A DNA stretch of 63,253 nt, counting the filler, from Lenisia limosa (lineage: Eukaryota; Protista; Breviatea), in assembly GCA_001655205.1 (NCBI GenBank). It is 16 parts of 16 records of this genome, joined end to end, with 100 filler letters (N's around TTAATTAATTAA, not from the genome) between each part and the next. Parts side by side here need not be neighbours in the genome. Positions count along the whole stretch, not along the records: positions 1 to 7,137 come from LPNZ01000118.1; positions 7,238 to 11,069 come from LPNZ01006641.1; positions 11,170 to 15,793 come from LPNZ01006087.1; 13 more parts are not named here. One strand, given 5' to 3'. The notes below the pieces were generated by a model, which saw only the letters and a list, made by a program, of their open reading frames with translations, was not told the origin of the DNA and ran no database searches. Positions 1 through 12,049 of this stretch are shown in pieces; within the stretch, counting starts at the first letter, position 1; each line of letters starts with the position of its first letter. A program made the position numbers and the translations under genes.

Positions 1-27
1 CATCCGGCTTAAATCCCCCACCCCTAC

Positions 28-191
28 CATCAACAATGATATCGTCAACATGGGGAACATTGTCATTTCCGACTCGAATTGCCAGGCTTAGCGCCTAGAG
101 AGTCAACAACACGGGAAGCGAAACATGATCCGGAGAAGATGATCCACCTCACCAGCAAAGAACTGACAAGTAGCCACCAAGATATGCCCAT
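28..191 (-). CDS. Secreted hypothetical protein, 5' end (two exons, runs off the window)
   Basis: ATG at 191. Exons 191-153 and 94-28 joined by a GTGAG...CTAG intron give MGISWWLLVSSLLALSLAIRVGNDNVPHVDDIIVD, a signal-peptide-like N-terminus. Confidence 0.6.
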
Positions 192-294
192 GTTTTGCCT
201 CTCCTTTCTTCTCCAAGCTTGGGTCTGTTCGTCTCTGTTGAGCTGTTGAGCTGTTGTTTGTTGTTTCGAAACAAATGACAAGCATTCTGTTGGA

Positions 295-312
295 ATGACG
301 TCATGACGTCAT
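295..312. promoter_or_regulatory. Tandem TGACGTCA (CRE-like) palindrome in a divergent promoter
   Basis: Perfect 18-bp palindrome ATGACGTCATGACGTCAT between divergent ATGs at 191 (-) and 464 (+). Confidence 0.5.
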
Positions 313-463
313 TTCTATCATTCCAATCAGTAAAATCTCATCAATCATATCATACCATCTCAGCATATCAGCGCCCTCCTAACTACATATGCTTTAGGTA
401 GTAACAACAACAAGAAGAAGAGAGAGTCAAACAATCATTAAGGCCAAGCTGACACAAGAAAAA

Positions 464-3400
464 ATGACAACGATGAACCAAGATTTCAAGTTCTTTTGTC
501 TTCTCCTGCTTCTCTTCTCGTCAGCGCTTGGTACGGGGTTTCTAAATACACTCCACCTGAATTGATGAAAATATGTTTGATTTTTTATAAAAAAATGAAT
601 ATACACCTCCAAATGTCTTGTGGTGTGACATGATGATACTGTTTTTTGACTATTTTTTATTAGATAGTCAACTAGGATAAGGATCTTTATATCTCACCAA
701 AAGAATAAGGTGCACCTGCTTTGATATCAACACATTAAAATAGTGGTATTGCCCTTTCTTGGTTTCTTCTTCTCTCAATTTCTAGGATTCACAAGAGATG
801 CATTGAATGTAGTCAAGGTGAGTGAAGAGGGAGCCGTTTTTGTGTTTTTATGCTGTTAGCAATTAAAAGGTATATGTGCCAATAAGCAACGCAAACGGCA
901 TTTTATGACATCTAGATCGGGCAGCTGCAGTCCACTGGTATTGAAGTTTCGGGCACAGTCACTCACAACCTTGAGGGTGATATTGAATATGTGCGTGGGA
1001 TGCTAGCCTGCTGTATATTGTTGATTGCCATTAAACGTTCAAACTCTCATCTTTTGTTTTAGACTGTTTCAGCTGGCTTTTCTTTGAATGACTGTATTGA
1101 AGAACTGATGCGCCATCATGGTAGGGGCTTTGCTTCAGTCCCAACATTTAACTCTTGCTTAATGATATTATTCCAGTCTTTTTCTACTTGTCAGCGAAAA
1201 ACGTAAAAATGCGATCGAGGCAAAAACTCAACTTTGAATTGCTTTTTATCATCCGCCTATAAGTCGATGTGGATAAAGCTTCACTTTGGTCTGACAGCAT
1301 ATCATATACTTTGTATGTTTACCAGAGCTTCATAGCGTACGTCTTTTTTTACCAATTAGAATACACAAAACCCTACACTCAGTCTCTTTTTATAAATACA
1401 GTACACCCATCAAGAAGCCGTATCTGCGTTGTACCAGCGGGAACATTCCAGTGAGCTATCCGTTCATTATTATTGAGTTACAATTTGGTCCAAAAAAGAT
1501 GAGTTATCCATGATATATTGCTGTTGTTAGGATTCGTGATATTTTCTCTTCCTCGGTAAAGCCCTCATAATACCGCAATCATTTATCACAATATGTACTC
1601 AATAATTATATTTGTCATCAGAATGTTATAAATGGATTATTTCATGCGCTGTATCTGTCAGCTTTGTTCACACCCTAGATTCGCAGCCCCATTAACAATC
1701 CCCTCTCTTCCTGGCACTTTTCATATCAAAGGCGCAGGTGCTGGGCTGACCACTCTTGAGTATGTTGATGGGGGTGGTTTACAGGAAGGTACAAATGTGG
1801 TAGAACTAGGTAATACAAATATGACAAGTGCTTCACTTCGGTTCGAAAAAAGACGGAATTTCAAAAAAGACGGAATTTCTCGATAAATCCTCGAAAACTA
1901 TCGATATTGCTAGTTTTTTTCGAACCGAAGTGAAGCCCTACGAACGAAAACGATTAATTCATTCTCTTTTTTTTGGTTAAATAATTAATTATAACATTCA
2001 GGTCTGTTTGGAGCGATGCCAACCGAGATATTCCTTTCATTCCCAATAGTGCCTATTATGGTGTGTGAGGTGTGGAAGATTTCCGAACCATCGCGTTCAT
2101 ATATTTTATTTTTATACTGATAACAGATACGCCATTTTTCAAGGCCTATTCTGAGACTTCTATAGTTCAAAATCTCTTTTAAGCATGATGGTGTGGACGG
2201 CTTCGCCCAGATACAACCTTGTTTTTCATTGCTATATGATATATTATATATACTATATCATATGTATACTTGAGACTCACATTTCTGATATAACCCCATT
2301 TACATTTAGGCTGTTTCACCAACCTTGGCGACGCCATTTTCAGTGACTTCACCATGGTTACTGACGGTAACTCGCCGTTTTCCCTCACCAAGGGACACTC
2401 ATACTTAGTTGTGGGAATGATTGAGTGGATTAATATACTGGGGAGGCATGCAGAAAGCTGTGTGCACAGAGTTGTACGGCAAATGATTGAGTGAATTAAT
2501 ATTATACTATTATAATCCAATATCCCTTAGAAGCGTGATTTTGTGGACGGCTTCGGCCAGATACAAACTTGTTTTATTTTTCATCTCTATATGCTTCTGT
2601 TACAACGTGGTTTATATGCTCTCATTACAAAGATACTCTCAATATTCTCCGAAAAATCTAGGGTTGTTTTGTCTTTTTTTTATACCGTAGGGAAGCACGT
2701 CAACTTTTCACGACATACTCTTCATTACATACTCTTCATTACATACTCTTCATTACATACTCTTCATTACATACTCTTCACTATTGTCAATTTTTCAAAT
2801 AGTACTAGTATATGATATTATTGCTCATCTTACCCTGTTGATCTTGTAGAACATTGATATGACATCTGCCTTCTCTGTGGCCGCTATTGTTGCCAAATAC
2901 GGAACCCTGACTGCAAGAAATCTGATGGTTAGTTTTACTGACTCTCTATTTTCATAATAGCTAGTGTACCAGACTTGTGGTCCCCTGGGTGAGACCCATA
3001 CTTATCAAGTCCACATGACTATTAACAGTTACAAAGTCTTTTCCAAATCATAGATGACGAAAAGGCGATGAAACTGCTAAAAATCACATTTCGGATCAAG
3101 CTGAAGACAAAACTGTTTCATTCTCTTTCAATTTTTATCCATTCATTTCTCGTAGATCTCTGGGTTTACTGTTGGAATCCAATCAGAAAACGCAAGAATT
3201 TATGTGGAGGTAGGCAAAATGATCCAAAATCTTTTTATCAAGATACTTGTACTTCTAACATATCAGAGATCAACTTTTATTGGACAAACAACAAGGGTAG
3301 GAGGCAATCTAAGTGACCATCCTCTTTTTCACACAATAGGCTATTTCATCAGCAACGCACTCGGACGTTTCAGTGGTGGCCTGCAGCATCGACAGCGAAA

Positions 3401-5008
3401 ATGGAGTGTATGCCTCTGATATGTAGCAAATTGTGGAAAGTGATGACTTTTTTACATGCCAATCTTACATATGAGTACATGTGATGTATAATGTAGAAAT
3501 GATGGGTAGATTCCTTCAAATTTGACACAAACTGCTCATTCAATTAAAAGTGAGTCTTACGCTCTCTAGGAGGGCGACCTACCTTTCATCGATGGAAATT
3601 AAGTCAACCAATATCACATGTGCAACTGGCAGCATTGGTGTTGAAATTGCTAATGTCTGTGGCTCCTTTGGATGGTTAAAAACAATAAGATGTCATATCT
3701 TATGCTCTTCTGTTGCTTTGAACAAATCTAATCAAACCCAGCTTTCATCAGGAGATCTTGAGGATGTACGAACTAATGCTATTCTATTGGTGGCAAGAGA
3801 GTGAGTACTCCTTGCATTTTGAGAAATTATTTTGAATTTTGAAGTTGGACATAGAACTCCATTTCAGACTTTGATTTTTTTTGAATTTCTTCAGACAATT
3901 ATATTCATAAAGCTCCACTTTAACAAATTCAGAAGTGCTATGTTTGTCACCGGCTTGCTTAACGTCACTTTGACTTACAGCGAGTCAAATTTTCCTCTCC
4001 AGGTGAGGATTATCTGACTTTTTCAGTATGCCATTGTTTTTGTCTGACATTCCGATTTGTGCTCTGTCGAATACATTATATATTGAAATGCAGAACTGAT
4101 AGAATCGATATGAAGAATTTAGTATTTTCTCACCAAAGCTGATTTTTTAGGCCACCTTTGGAAGCCATCTTTACCTCAACGGTGATGTTCACTTATCAAA
4201 ACCGGTTGGTGGAGAACAACCTGATATAGAATATCCAATTCAACCTATCTACACCATCACGTTGATTTTGTTATATTGATTGATTAACTACCCTCTGTGT
4301 GAATCATACATAATGACATACTGTAGCAATATAGTATCGCTATGTATGATAAGCGTGCGTGATGGTTTGACGCATCCATGTCTGTAATGATTCTCATCCT
4401 GAGGTCTGACAAGAGTTCGACTATCTGCCACAGCAACAGTCCGGTCCATATCTAAACCTAGGATTCAGCCAAATACCTTTTAAGTATTCATTCGGATGCT
4501 TTCTCATTTCTTTTACATTAACTCTGCAGTCTTGCACAACTGCGGTCTATGTCACTCGCAGCTCCTTCCTTGAACTTCACAATTCTCTCCAGACGCATTG
4601 TGAATGCACTTCCGGCGCGTATGTTTTCTCACAGTTTCCTATAATCCTCCTTTAATAAGTTTTGTTTTTCTGCTGCTGTACTTGTCTTATTGTTTAGAGT
4701 GAACCTGAGCTACTCATCGAACGGAATGTATTACACTGAGCCAATTGTGGGTTATCAGTATTAACATTTGCACTTTTTTTTTTATTTGCTCAAATCTTTT
4801 TTTTTTTATTTATTCATTCTTCGACTTGACCATAGTTCCGTATAACTTCTGTTTTTTGATTGTCTTCCACAGGTCCCCTCCGGTCTGCAGTTCATAGTCG
4901 GCTCAAACTCCTTCAACTACAACAAGGTCTAGATGTCCTGATTCTCTCAGTATTATATACTATGAATATTATATATTATATCAATATGTTTCTTTACAAT
5001 AGGTTTGA
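464..5008 (+). CDS. Secreted hypothetical protein with roughly 20 or more short exons
   Basis: MTTMNQDFKFFCLLLLLFSSAL|GFTRDALNVVK|IGQLQSTGIEVSGTVTHNLEGDIEY|TVSAGFSLNDCIEE... with GT-AG introns, ending ...VPSGLQFIVGSNSFNYNK|V-stop (TGA 5006-5008). Some internal exons unresolved. Confidence 0.7.
1826..1940. mobile_element. Family B MITE (hAT-like), with an internal 17-nt duplication
   Basis: GCTTCACTTCGGTTCGAAAAAA...TTTTTTCGAACCGAAGTGAAGCCCTA terminal inverted repeats; intronic. Confidence 0.85.
2436..2590 (+). repeat. Family A intronic dispersed repeat, near full length
   Basis: GGGGAGGCA.GCAGAAAGCTGTGTGCACAGAGTTGTA.GGCAAATGATTGAGTGAATTAAT...GTGGACGGCTTCGGCCAGATACAA. A 3' part is also at 2172-2236. 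Confidence 0.9.
2713..2780. repeat. Intronic minisatellite, 14-nt unit ACATACTCTTCATT x~5
   Basis: Direct tandem copies. Confidence 0.9.
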
Positions 5009-5134
5009 GAAACCATTTATCTAAACAAATGAAACAGCTTGAAAAGGAAACAATAAAAATGAAAAATGATACTTTTTTCAGTTAAGACGAGCAAGAAAGG
5101 CACACCTAAACACTTGAGCTTTCACGAGTTCATA

Positions 5135-7029
5135 TTATTTTGTGACCTAGTCTCCACCAAAGAAATTGTTTTATTGGATACCATACCTTTGGCGTCTGCT
5201 TTGAAGGTGGGTGGGAGTATTCTGAAGTCTCATTCGGCTTCATTAAGGCCTAGGGAATAAGAAGGTTTCTGATTTGACATAATGCAAAAGTCTCAAGCTA
5301 ATGGGCTGGTAGTTTCCCCTCTCACCGCGAATACTTCTTCAACCTTACCCCAGTTCCCTTTTTCTGCAGCCCTGTTCACAAGTAAAAACAAGACAACAAA
5401 GGAATACGAGATGAGAGATGATTGATTAAAACTAAAAATGTACAATACTGAGAATAGATGGAGATATGGACTAAGGACACGGAAATGCCACCCCCACTTA
5501 CCGAGTGGCGACGTCAAGGACCCAGGTTCGAGGGATCGTCCAGGGATTGGTTTGGGTCATGAGCTCGGTTCTGTCTTGGGTACCCGTGCCCATTTTGTCA
5601 AAAGTTGTGATGATCTTGGAGGTTAGGTCCTGCATACGGTGGTCTTTGATTTCCTTTATTATTTTTCATTTCTCCATATTACCAAGAATTGGTCACAAGA
5701 AGCCAATAATTATCTGACAAGAATGGTAAATATGTCAATAAAGAGGAAGAAAAACACATATAGTTACACGTAATAACATTTTGTACAATCCCAGCTACAC
5801 GCACCTTCTGGTACTCCTCAATGACTGGAAGCCAGGTTGCTGAATAGAACTCGGCCAATTCAGTGGGATCGTCAGGGAGGGCTGAGGCAATCTAAGCAAT
5901 GGATGAGAAGGCTATCCTATTTCCATTTGTAATATCAACAGATATATATATCATATACTATCATGTTATTGCCGATAAGTGCGGGCAATGATGATGAAGG
6001 TCTCACTGTTCGAATGTACATGTTGTGGTTGTGCATCGTCAGAAGGCCAGATAGACCAGCTTGTTCAATAAACCCAGGCTGAAGCTGAGACACAAGCTGC
6101 GAGGTAAATTGTAAATTAAACAAAACTCAAAAACTGACTCGATTTGCCGGTCATTATGTTGGGAAGTATGAAAATCAATTCGTTACATATCATAAATCTT
6201 CTACCTCTGAGCCCTACTGTGATTTGGTCCACTTGTTCCTCTGAGAACTTCGGTTTGTAGTTGTTCATCAGTATCTGAGCGCTTTAGACCCCAAACATGG
6301 AAGACGAAATAGTGGTGGTGTTTGTTCAACACTGTTAAGACTGGGAACAATTTTAAACTCTTTAGTTTCGAAAACACTCTTTCATCCAACTTGATACCCA
6401 GCGCCAAACCTCTTTTGAGGCACCAAGACGACCCAAGGCATGAGCAACACCATGGGAATTTTCAGAGTCCTTGGCACTGTCTCCTGTAATGGCAGCTGTC
6501 TGAGATTGTGAGGAAATAGAACAGGATTCTCCAAGATTCTTAGGTCAGTAAAAAACCAACGTGTGTTACACGTTGGAGTTTTCAAGAAATTGTCCTTTTC
6601 GGTTCTGAAAGGAATTCTGATGATTACCTTTTCCAGTTCCTTGAAGGCGTTAGTGAAGTCACAATGGGTCTCTCGAAGACTGTCAAAAATACGTTCCATC
6701 AAGTCATGCTCAGAGATATGCTTCTCAGTGCTTTCAATTTGGTCACCTATCGGGCGTCAAAGGGGGGACAGGTTTCAATCATCCCATCATGAAAAAGATC
6801 CACTCTGATGAATATAATTTAATGGATGATAGATTTTATATCATTAGAGGATAGCTTGATAAGTCAAGGCCTGATAGAGTATGTGAACTTCTTTATGACC
6901 CGAAGGCCCAATAACATTTGTTGACCTTGTAAAGGACATACCAGTGAATCCTAGTTTGTTTCGAAGAAGCTCAGTGACACTGGTTGTGAATTCGCTGTCA
7001 AAAAGTGCATCAGTGTAGTCACACAGAAC
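5135..7029 (-). CDS. SELENOO: Selenoprotein O / YdiU-family protein AMPylase, C-terminal part
   Basis: Spliced peptides FDSEFTTSVTELLRNKLGF, LMERIFDSLRETHCDFTNAFKEL, ELMTQTNPWTIPRTWVLDVATRAAEKGNWGKVEEV and YSHPP match the SelO C-terminal motifs (KLGL, ADFTNTF, M..NP..R..AE.GD) in order. 5'-truncated by the scaffold end. Confidence 0.85.
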
Positions 7030-7137
7030 CTAGCAGGATAAGCTGTATGAAGCCAATCAACTGTTGCACCGTTTATTTATAGTAAAAAAGATTTGAAAAG
7101 TTCTTTTCTCAGCTCCACATTCTTTCACTCCAGCATT

Positions 7138-7237
7138 NNNNNNNNNNNNNNNNNNNNNNNNNNNNNNNNNNNNNNNNNNNNTTAATTAATTAANNNNNNN
7201 NNNNNNNNNNNNNNNNNNNNNNNNNNNNNNNNNNNNN
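7138..7237. other. Artificial scaffold linker (44 N + TTAATTAATTAA + 44 N), first of 15
   Basis: Identical 100-bp spacer with stops in all six frames. Also at 11070, 15794, 23524, 30148, 32505, 34313, 35847, 37447, 42899, 48008, 52858, 57767, 59389 and 61929. Confidence 0.98.
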
Positions 7238-7310
7238 ATGAGCAGAAATATATATCAGAACATTTGCAATGAATTCCTCTGATCTTGTTTAAAATAAAAT
7301 GTAATCGTAC

Positions 7311-10300
7311 CTGGATCCAAGGGGCGTTGTAATCATGGTACACAAACGTTGAGGGGAGGGCTCCTTCAACCACCTAAAAATAAGAGAAAATTAGGTGAAA
7401 ATTGAAAGAGAAGCAAATTACAACTGTCATCATAAGATATAACAAAGTAAACCATAGTGTTTAGTACATACGATAAATAAATAATTAATAAAGTTTTATA
7501 TTATTGTGCACTTATTATACATATCATATACTATCTCTTATTTGAACCAATATCTAAATTCAAAATAATCCTCCACTCATTTAGGCCCAAAAATGAAATC
7601 CCCATTCCCCTTCCCAAATTCATAAAAGACCCCTCGCCCTTCCCTAACCTGCACCAGAATAGTAATCAGAGAATTGGCAATTCCGGTATCCGAGGCTGTC
7701 ATGCCAGTGATGGCCGGGAGGGTGACAGCCATCACGCTCGGGTCACGGTCGCATAGGGCCTGGGGGGTATATAATATGTAATATATCATATTATATGATA
7801 TATATTATATATATGTATATGTAGTAATATGTAACAATGAGAAAAAAAATAATAAGGTAATTTGATCGAAGCCGTCCACACCAACACGCTTATAAGAGAT
7901 ATTAGAATATAATATAATATTAATTCACTCAATCATTTGCCTTACAACCCTGTGTACACAGATTTCTGCGTGTCTCCCAGCATACCTATATAATATACTA
8001 TACATTTATATTACATTATATCATATGTATCATGTTTGTAGTATCATATGTGTTACATATCATCAAATTTTAGGACCTCTTTTTAATCATCATACAAATG
8101 GCTATAACTGCGTGTGCTGTGTTAAAATGATATAGCTATATACATGTATCTGTATGTAGTACATGCATATGATGTACATGTATATCAGCTATACAATAAA
8201 GCCTAACTTTGTTGATGATGACACGAGCGGCTTTGTCCGTCCTCAGACTAGGCTTCAGAATGAGGCATCTGTTGAAGAGGAGAACCGCTTTCTTGCGAAT
8301 CTGAAGGCGGAATAAGAACTGTCAAAAAAAAAAANNNNNNNNNNNNNNNNNNNNNNNNNNNNNNNNNNNNNNNNNNNNNNNNNNNNNNNNNNNNNNNNNN
8401 NNNNNNNNNNNNNNNNNNNNNNNNNNNNNNNNNNNNNNACCATCACAGCGCTCTGTGGAAATTGAAAAGTTTATTTTGAAAGGAAACTCCCACCATTGGG
8501 CTTTCATGGTCCATTAATCCGGCAGCCTTTTGGAAGAACATCTCCGCGTTCTCATCGGTAACCAGGAAAGTGAGGGACGTAATGGCCTGGGTGGTGATTG
8601 ATGGGAAGACTAATAGGAAAGTGGGAGACGATGGCGCAAAATTAATGTCAGGGGGTAGGGGGGGGGGGGGNNNNNNNNNNNNNNNNNNNNNNNNNNNNNN
8701 NNNNNNNNNNNNNNNNNNNNNNNNNNNNNNNNNNNNNNNNNNNNNNNNNNNNNNNNNNNNNNNNNNNNNNNNNNNNNNNNNNNNNNNNNNNNNNNNNNNN
8801 NNNGACGTCAAAAGGAGCGTCTTCTCGTTTTCCGGATCAAGGAACAAGGAAACTGCCATGTAGCCTGGGGGAGGTGAACAGATTAACTGACTTTTGGAAG
8901 CTGGGGAATTAAGACGAAAGAGGAAAAGAAGGTGAATTACGAATCATGCCTCCATCATCATATCGTGACCGTGATGAGTCTTGTTGACCAGCATGTTTCA
9001 GAATCCCCTTCAGAAAAATTGGTCACGATAATATTATGAGGTTGATATAGTATGCTAATTTGTAGCTGTATAAAAAAAAGGATAGTAGATCTTCACGTTC
9101 TGTTTGAATCAGCATAGAAAATGCCTGTTTTTCTTAGAAGTGAGATTGCCTTATATAACCCAGCCTACCAACAGACTTGTCCGCCACTTTTGTGCTCTGT
9201 GTGAGGTTGATTGCAGGCACCCAGGCGCGAGGGACCTGAGAATTAAAGCTGCTCTATTCATAAATAACCACTGGATCGATCCAAATTTCGAAAGAGACTT
9301 TATTGCAAAAAAACATATTAACGCTTGCAAGAACCAAAGTAGCTATTCCACTTGAATGTATGAAACAGAAAAAATATCACTGTAAGATACAATATTCCCA
9401 ACGGTCCCAAAACAGACTGAAGTTTTGAAACATAAAAACAGCAAAAAAAACGTATCCTATCATAAACAAATGATATAATGTGTTATGCCAATGGTCCTGC
9501 CAACCTGGTGCCCCATAAGTTCGCAGAAGACAGCTCGGAGGAACATGTCTCTTTTGTTTGTCTGTGGGGGGGGGGGTAACACAACATGTCCTTTTTCTTT
9601 GTCTGTGGATATGCATATATAATTANNNNNNNNNNNNNNNNNNNNNNNNNNNNNNNNNNNNNNNNNNNNNNNNNNNNNNNNNNNNNNNNNNNNNNNNNNN
9701 NNNNNNNNNNNNNNNNNNNNNNNNNNNNNNNNNNNNNNNNNNNNNNNNNNNNNNNNNNNNNNNNNNNNNNNNNNNNNNNNNNNNNNNNNNNNNNNNNNNN
9801 NNNNNNNNNNNNNCATATAGTATATCGTTTGTTTGTTGACTGGGATAGAGAAAAACTCAACAACATTCAAAAGGACCTCTTGCTGGAGGGGTCCACAGAT
9901 TGAACATGAAAGCATTATAACTCAGCAACTTTAAGCATGCTCTCCAGCAAACCTTACTGGTCAGAGGTTGCTGAAACTGCTTGTCAAGCAAACTGACCTC
10001 GTCTGAAAGTAAGCAATGGGCGGAAATGATAATTATTAACCTAGCCTCTCTCTTCCCTTTGTTTTACTCCCTCACTCTCCAGCAATATCCCTCACTCTCC
10101 ATCAATATCCCTCACTCTCCATCAATATCCCTCACTCTCCATCAACCTCTTGCACACTTCATTTCACCCCCTCACTTTTCATTGTTGCAATTTCTTCTGA
10201 ACGACTCTTACATTCCGACACCACATTAATCTAAAAAAAATGAGCTGCTGTCAATCACTATTGATGGGGATGAGGGGGATGAAGTTTTATGACACAGATT

Positions 10301-10639
10301 GGAACATTTAATAGTTTTATTGGGAACTGAACTTTCCCCCATTCATTTTCTGACAAGAAGTAAAACAAGCGCTTCTATTCCTTATAGCAAAGAGCATGTG
10401 TTCATATAAACTCATACCATGTGTTATCATTCTTAGGATATCAATAGTCTCAGGCATATACAGTGTCTGAGAAAAAGTTTGAATCCTGTTTAGAGAGAAA
10501 TCACCACGTATACGTGGAAGAGTAGTGAGTTTACTAACCCCAAGTAAACGCTGCTTGTTTCTCGCTATATCACTTATATACAATGAAATCGCAAAGGAGC
10601 TGCATGGAAGGGGCTTACAAGGTGGGGAAGTTCAGCCAT
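7311..10639 (-). CDS. AP4E1: AP-4 complex epsilon adaptin, N-terminal part
   Basis: MAELPHL|DSNFFSDT|INVVSECKSRSEE...; RDMFLRAVFCELMGH; GYMAVSLFL; IRKKAVLLF; ALCDRDPSVMA; VVEGALPSTFVYHDYNAPWIQ match AP-4 epsilon trunk motifs. Confidence 0.92.
7835..7987 (-). repeat. Family A repeat, full length, in an AP4E1 intron
   Basis: Aligns to 2436-2590 and 40000-40151; begins AG|GTATGC on the minus strand. Confidence 0.9.
10069..10145. repeat. Intronic minisatellite, 20-nt unit x~4
   Basis: CCCTCACTCTCCATCAATAT tandem copies in an AP4E1 intron. Confidence 0.9.
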
Positions 10640-11169
10640 TGTGAAGGATCGGCAGGTCCACTACTTCAGAATCACAGCTACTACCACAAATAATAATAAA
10701 AAACAATTAAGCAAAATAACGAACAACTCTCTCATCAATTTTGATTGTGTTGGTTGTCTTCTCCGGTGTCTCCGGCGCCGTAATATTTTTTCGACTCCTC
10801 CAACAGCTCCAATCAGCTTATTCGCTCTCGCATAAACCGAGCTTAATGCAACTAATATGCTTTCTGACTTTCTGACCGCCACATGTCCATATGTTATGTT
10901 CAACACAATGATTTATTGAACAGTGAAAGTCTCCAGTTCCAGATGAATAAAGTACATTCAGACTCCCTAAACAGCGACTCAGTTCTTCAGGAGTGGAGGA
11001 GTCCTGATCAGTCAGTTGAAGAAGAGGTTGGTATATTAAATATTTTCTGACAAAGATATTGGTACATCANNNNNNNNNNNNNNNNNNNNNNNNNNNNNNN
11101 NNNNNNNNNNNNNTTAATTAATTAANNNNNNNNNNNNNNNNNNNNNNNNNNNNNNNNNNNNNNNNNNNN

Positions 11170-11240
11170 AATACTCTGTCTTTTCTCTTTCCCAAATACT
11201 CTGTCTTTTCTCTTTCCCAAATACTCTGTTTTCCCCCTCT
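11170..11240. repeat. Minisatellite, 25-nt unit x~3
   Basis: AATACTCTGTCTTTTCTCTTTCCCA tandem copies at the scaffold start. Confidence 0.85.
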
Positions 11241-11250
11241 TTCTCACAGC

Positions 11251-11815
11251 TCGCCCCATTCTAACTATTTATACCTCGTAACAACATCAGAGTTCATCCA
11301 CCTCATGTTTCCCAGTATGGGAAGAGGACTATCCAAGGCTTTGTTTATTTTGTTGTTTCCAACTCTCGTGTGAAAATAATAGTTCTTGTTCTCTTATCAA
11401 CGTTTGGGTGATCGAGCAGTGGTGGGACTCTTCAAAGGCTGGCTCGGGCTTGTTTTTGTTTTTGAGTTTTTGTCGTCTGGCTTTTGTCAATTGTTAGCGT
11501 TGGTTGCTCATGCTCGTTGTTGCTTGTTTTTTTTTTGTTTGTTTGTTTGGAGTTTCAGATTATTCGGTTCGTGATTAGTACCTTTACGNNNNNNNNNNNN
11601 NNNNNNNNNNNNNNNNNNNNNNNNNNNNNNNNNNNNNNNNNNNNNNNNNNNNNNNNNNNNNNNNNNNNNNNNNNNNNNNNNNNNNNNNNNNNNNNNNNNN
11701 NNNNNNNNNNNNNNNNNNNNNNNNNNNNNNNATATCCAGGGCAAATGAGTTACTTCAAGCTCTCGAGAAGAGCAAAGACCCTCTGGAGCAAAGGTGAAGA
11801 AATCAGTATTGTATC
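11251..11815 (+). CDS. Hypothetical protein fragment (several short exons)
   Basis: AG/GT-bounded segments such as RPILTILYLVTTSEFIHLMFP and ANELLQALEKSKDPLEQ. No family recognised. Confidence 0.3.
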
Positions 11816-12049
11816 CAACATCTAACCCGTTGAAAAAAGGTGTTTTTGGAGAGCAATAAGTATATAATTACATGTAGTAGTATATATATATCATATAAAT
11901 ATATAATATTATACATATCCATATGATATACAGTGACCTCGAACGATTGTCTAGATAAAGCTCAATCAGTATCCGTGTCAGGACATGTCGCGGTCAAGGT
12001 ATAAATATTGTGCTTTGGACTTACAATATAAGTTTTTTTACAGGCTAGC

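Noticed and set aside
2436-2590. Family A as an snRNA, snoRNA, 5S or tRNA gene
   Set aside because: No Sm site, C/D or H/ACA pair, cloverleaf or 5S core recognised; most copies are truncated and hairpin changes are not compensatory. An Rfam search would be needed to exclude it fully.
5040-5135. Sec codon or SECIS for SelO
   Set aside because: Nearby TGA codons are not in a U-S-S context, and ATGA-to-AA spacing is too short for a canonical SECIS.
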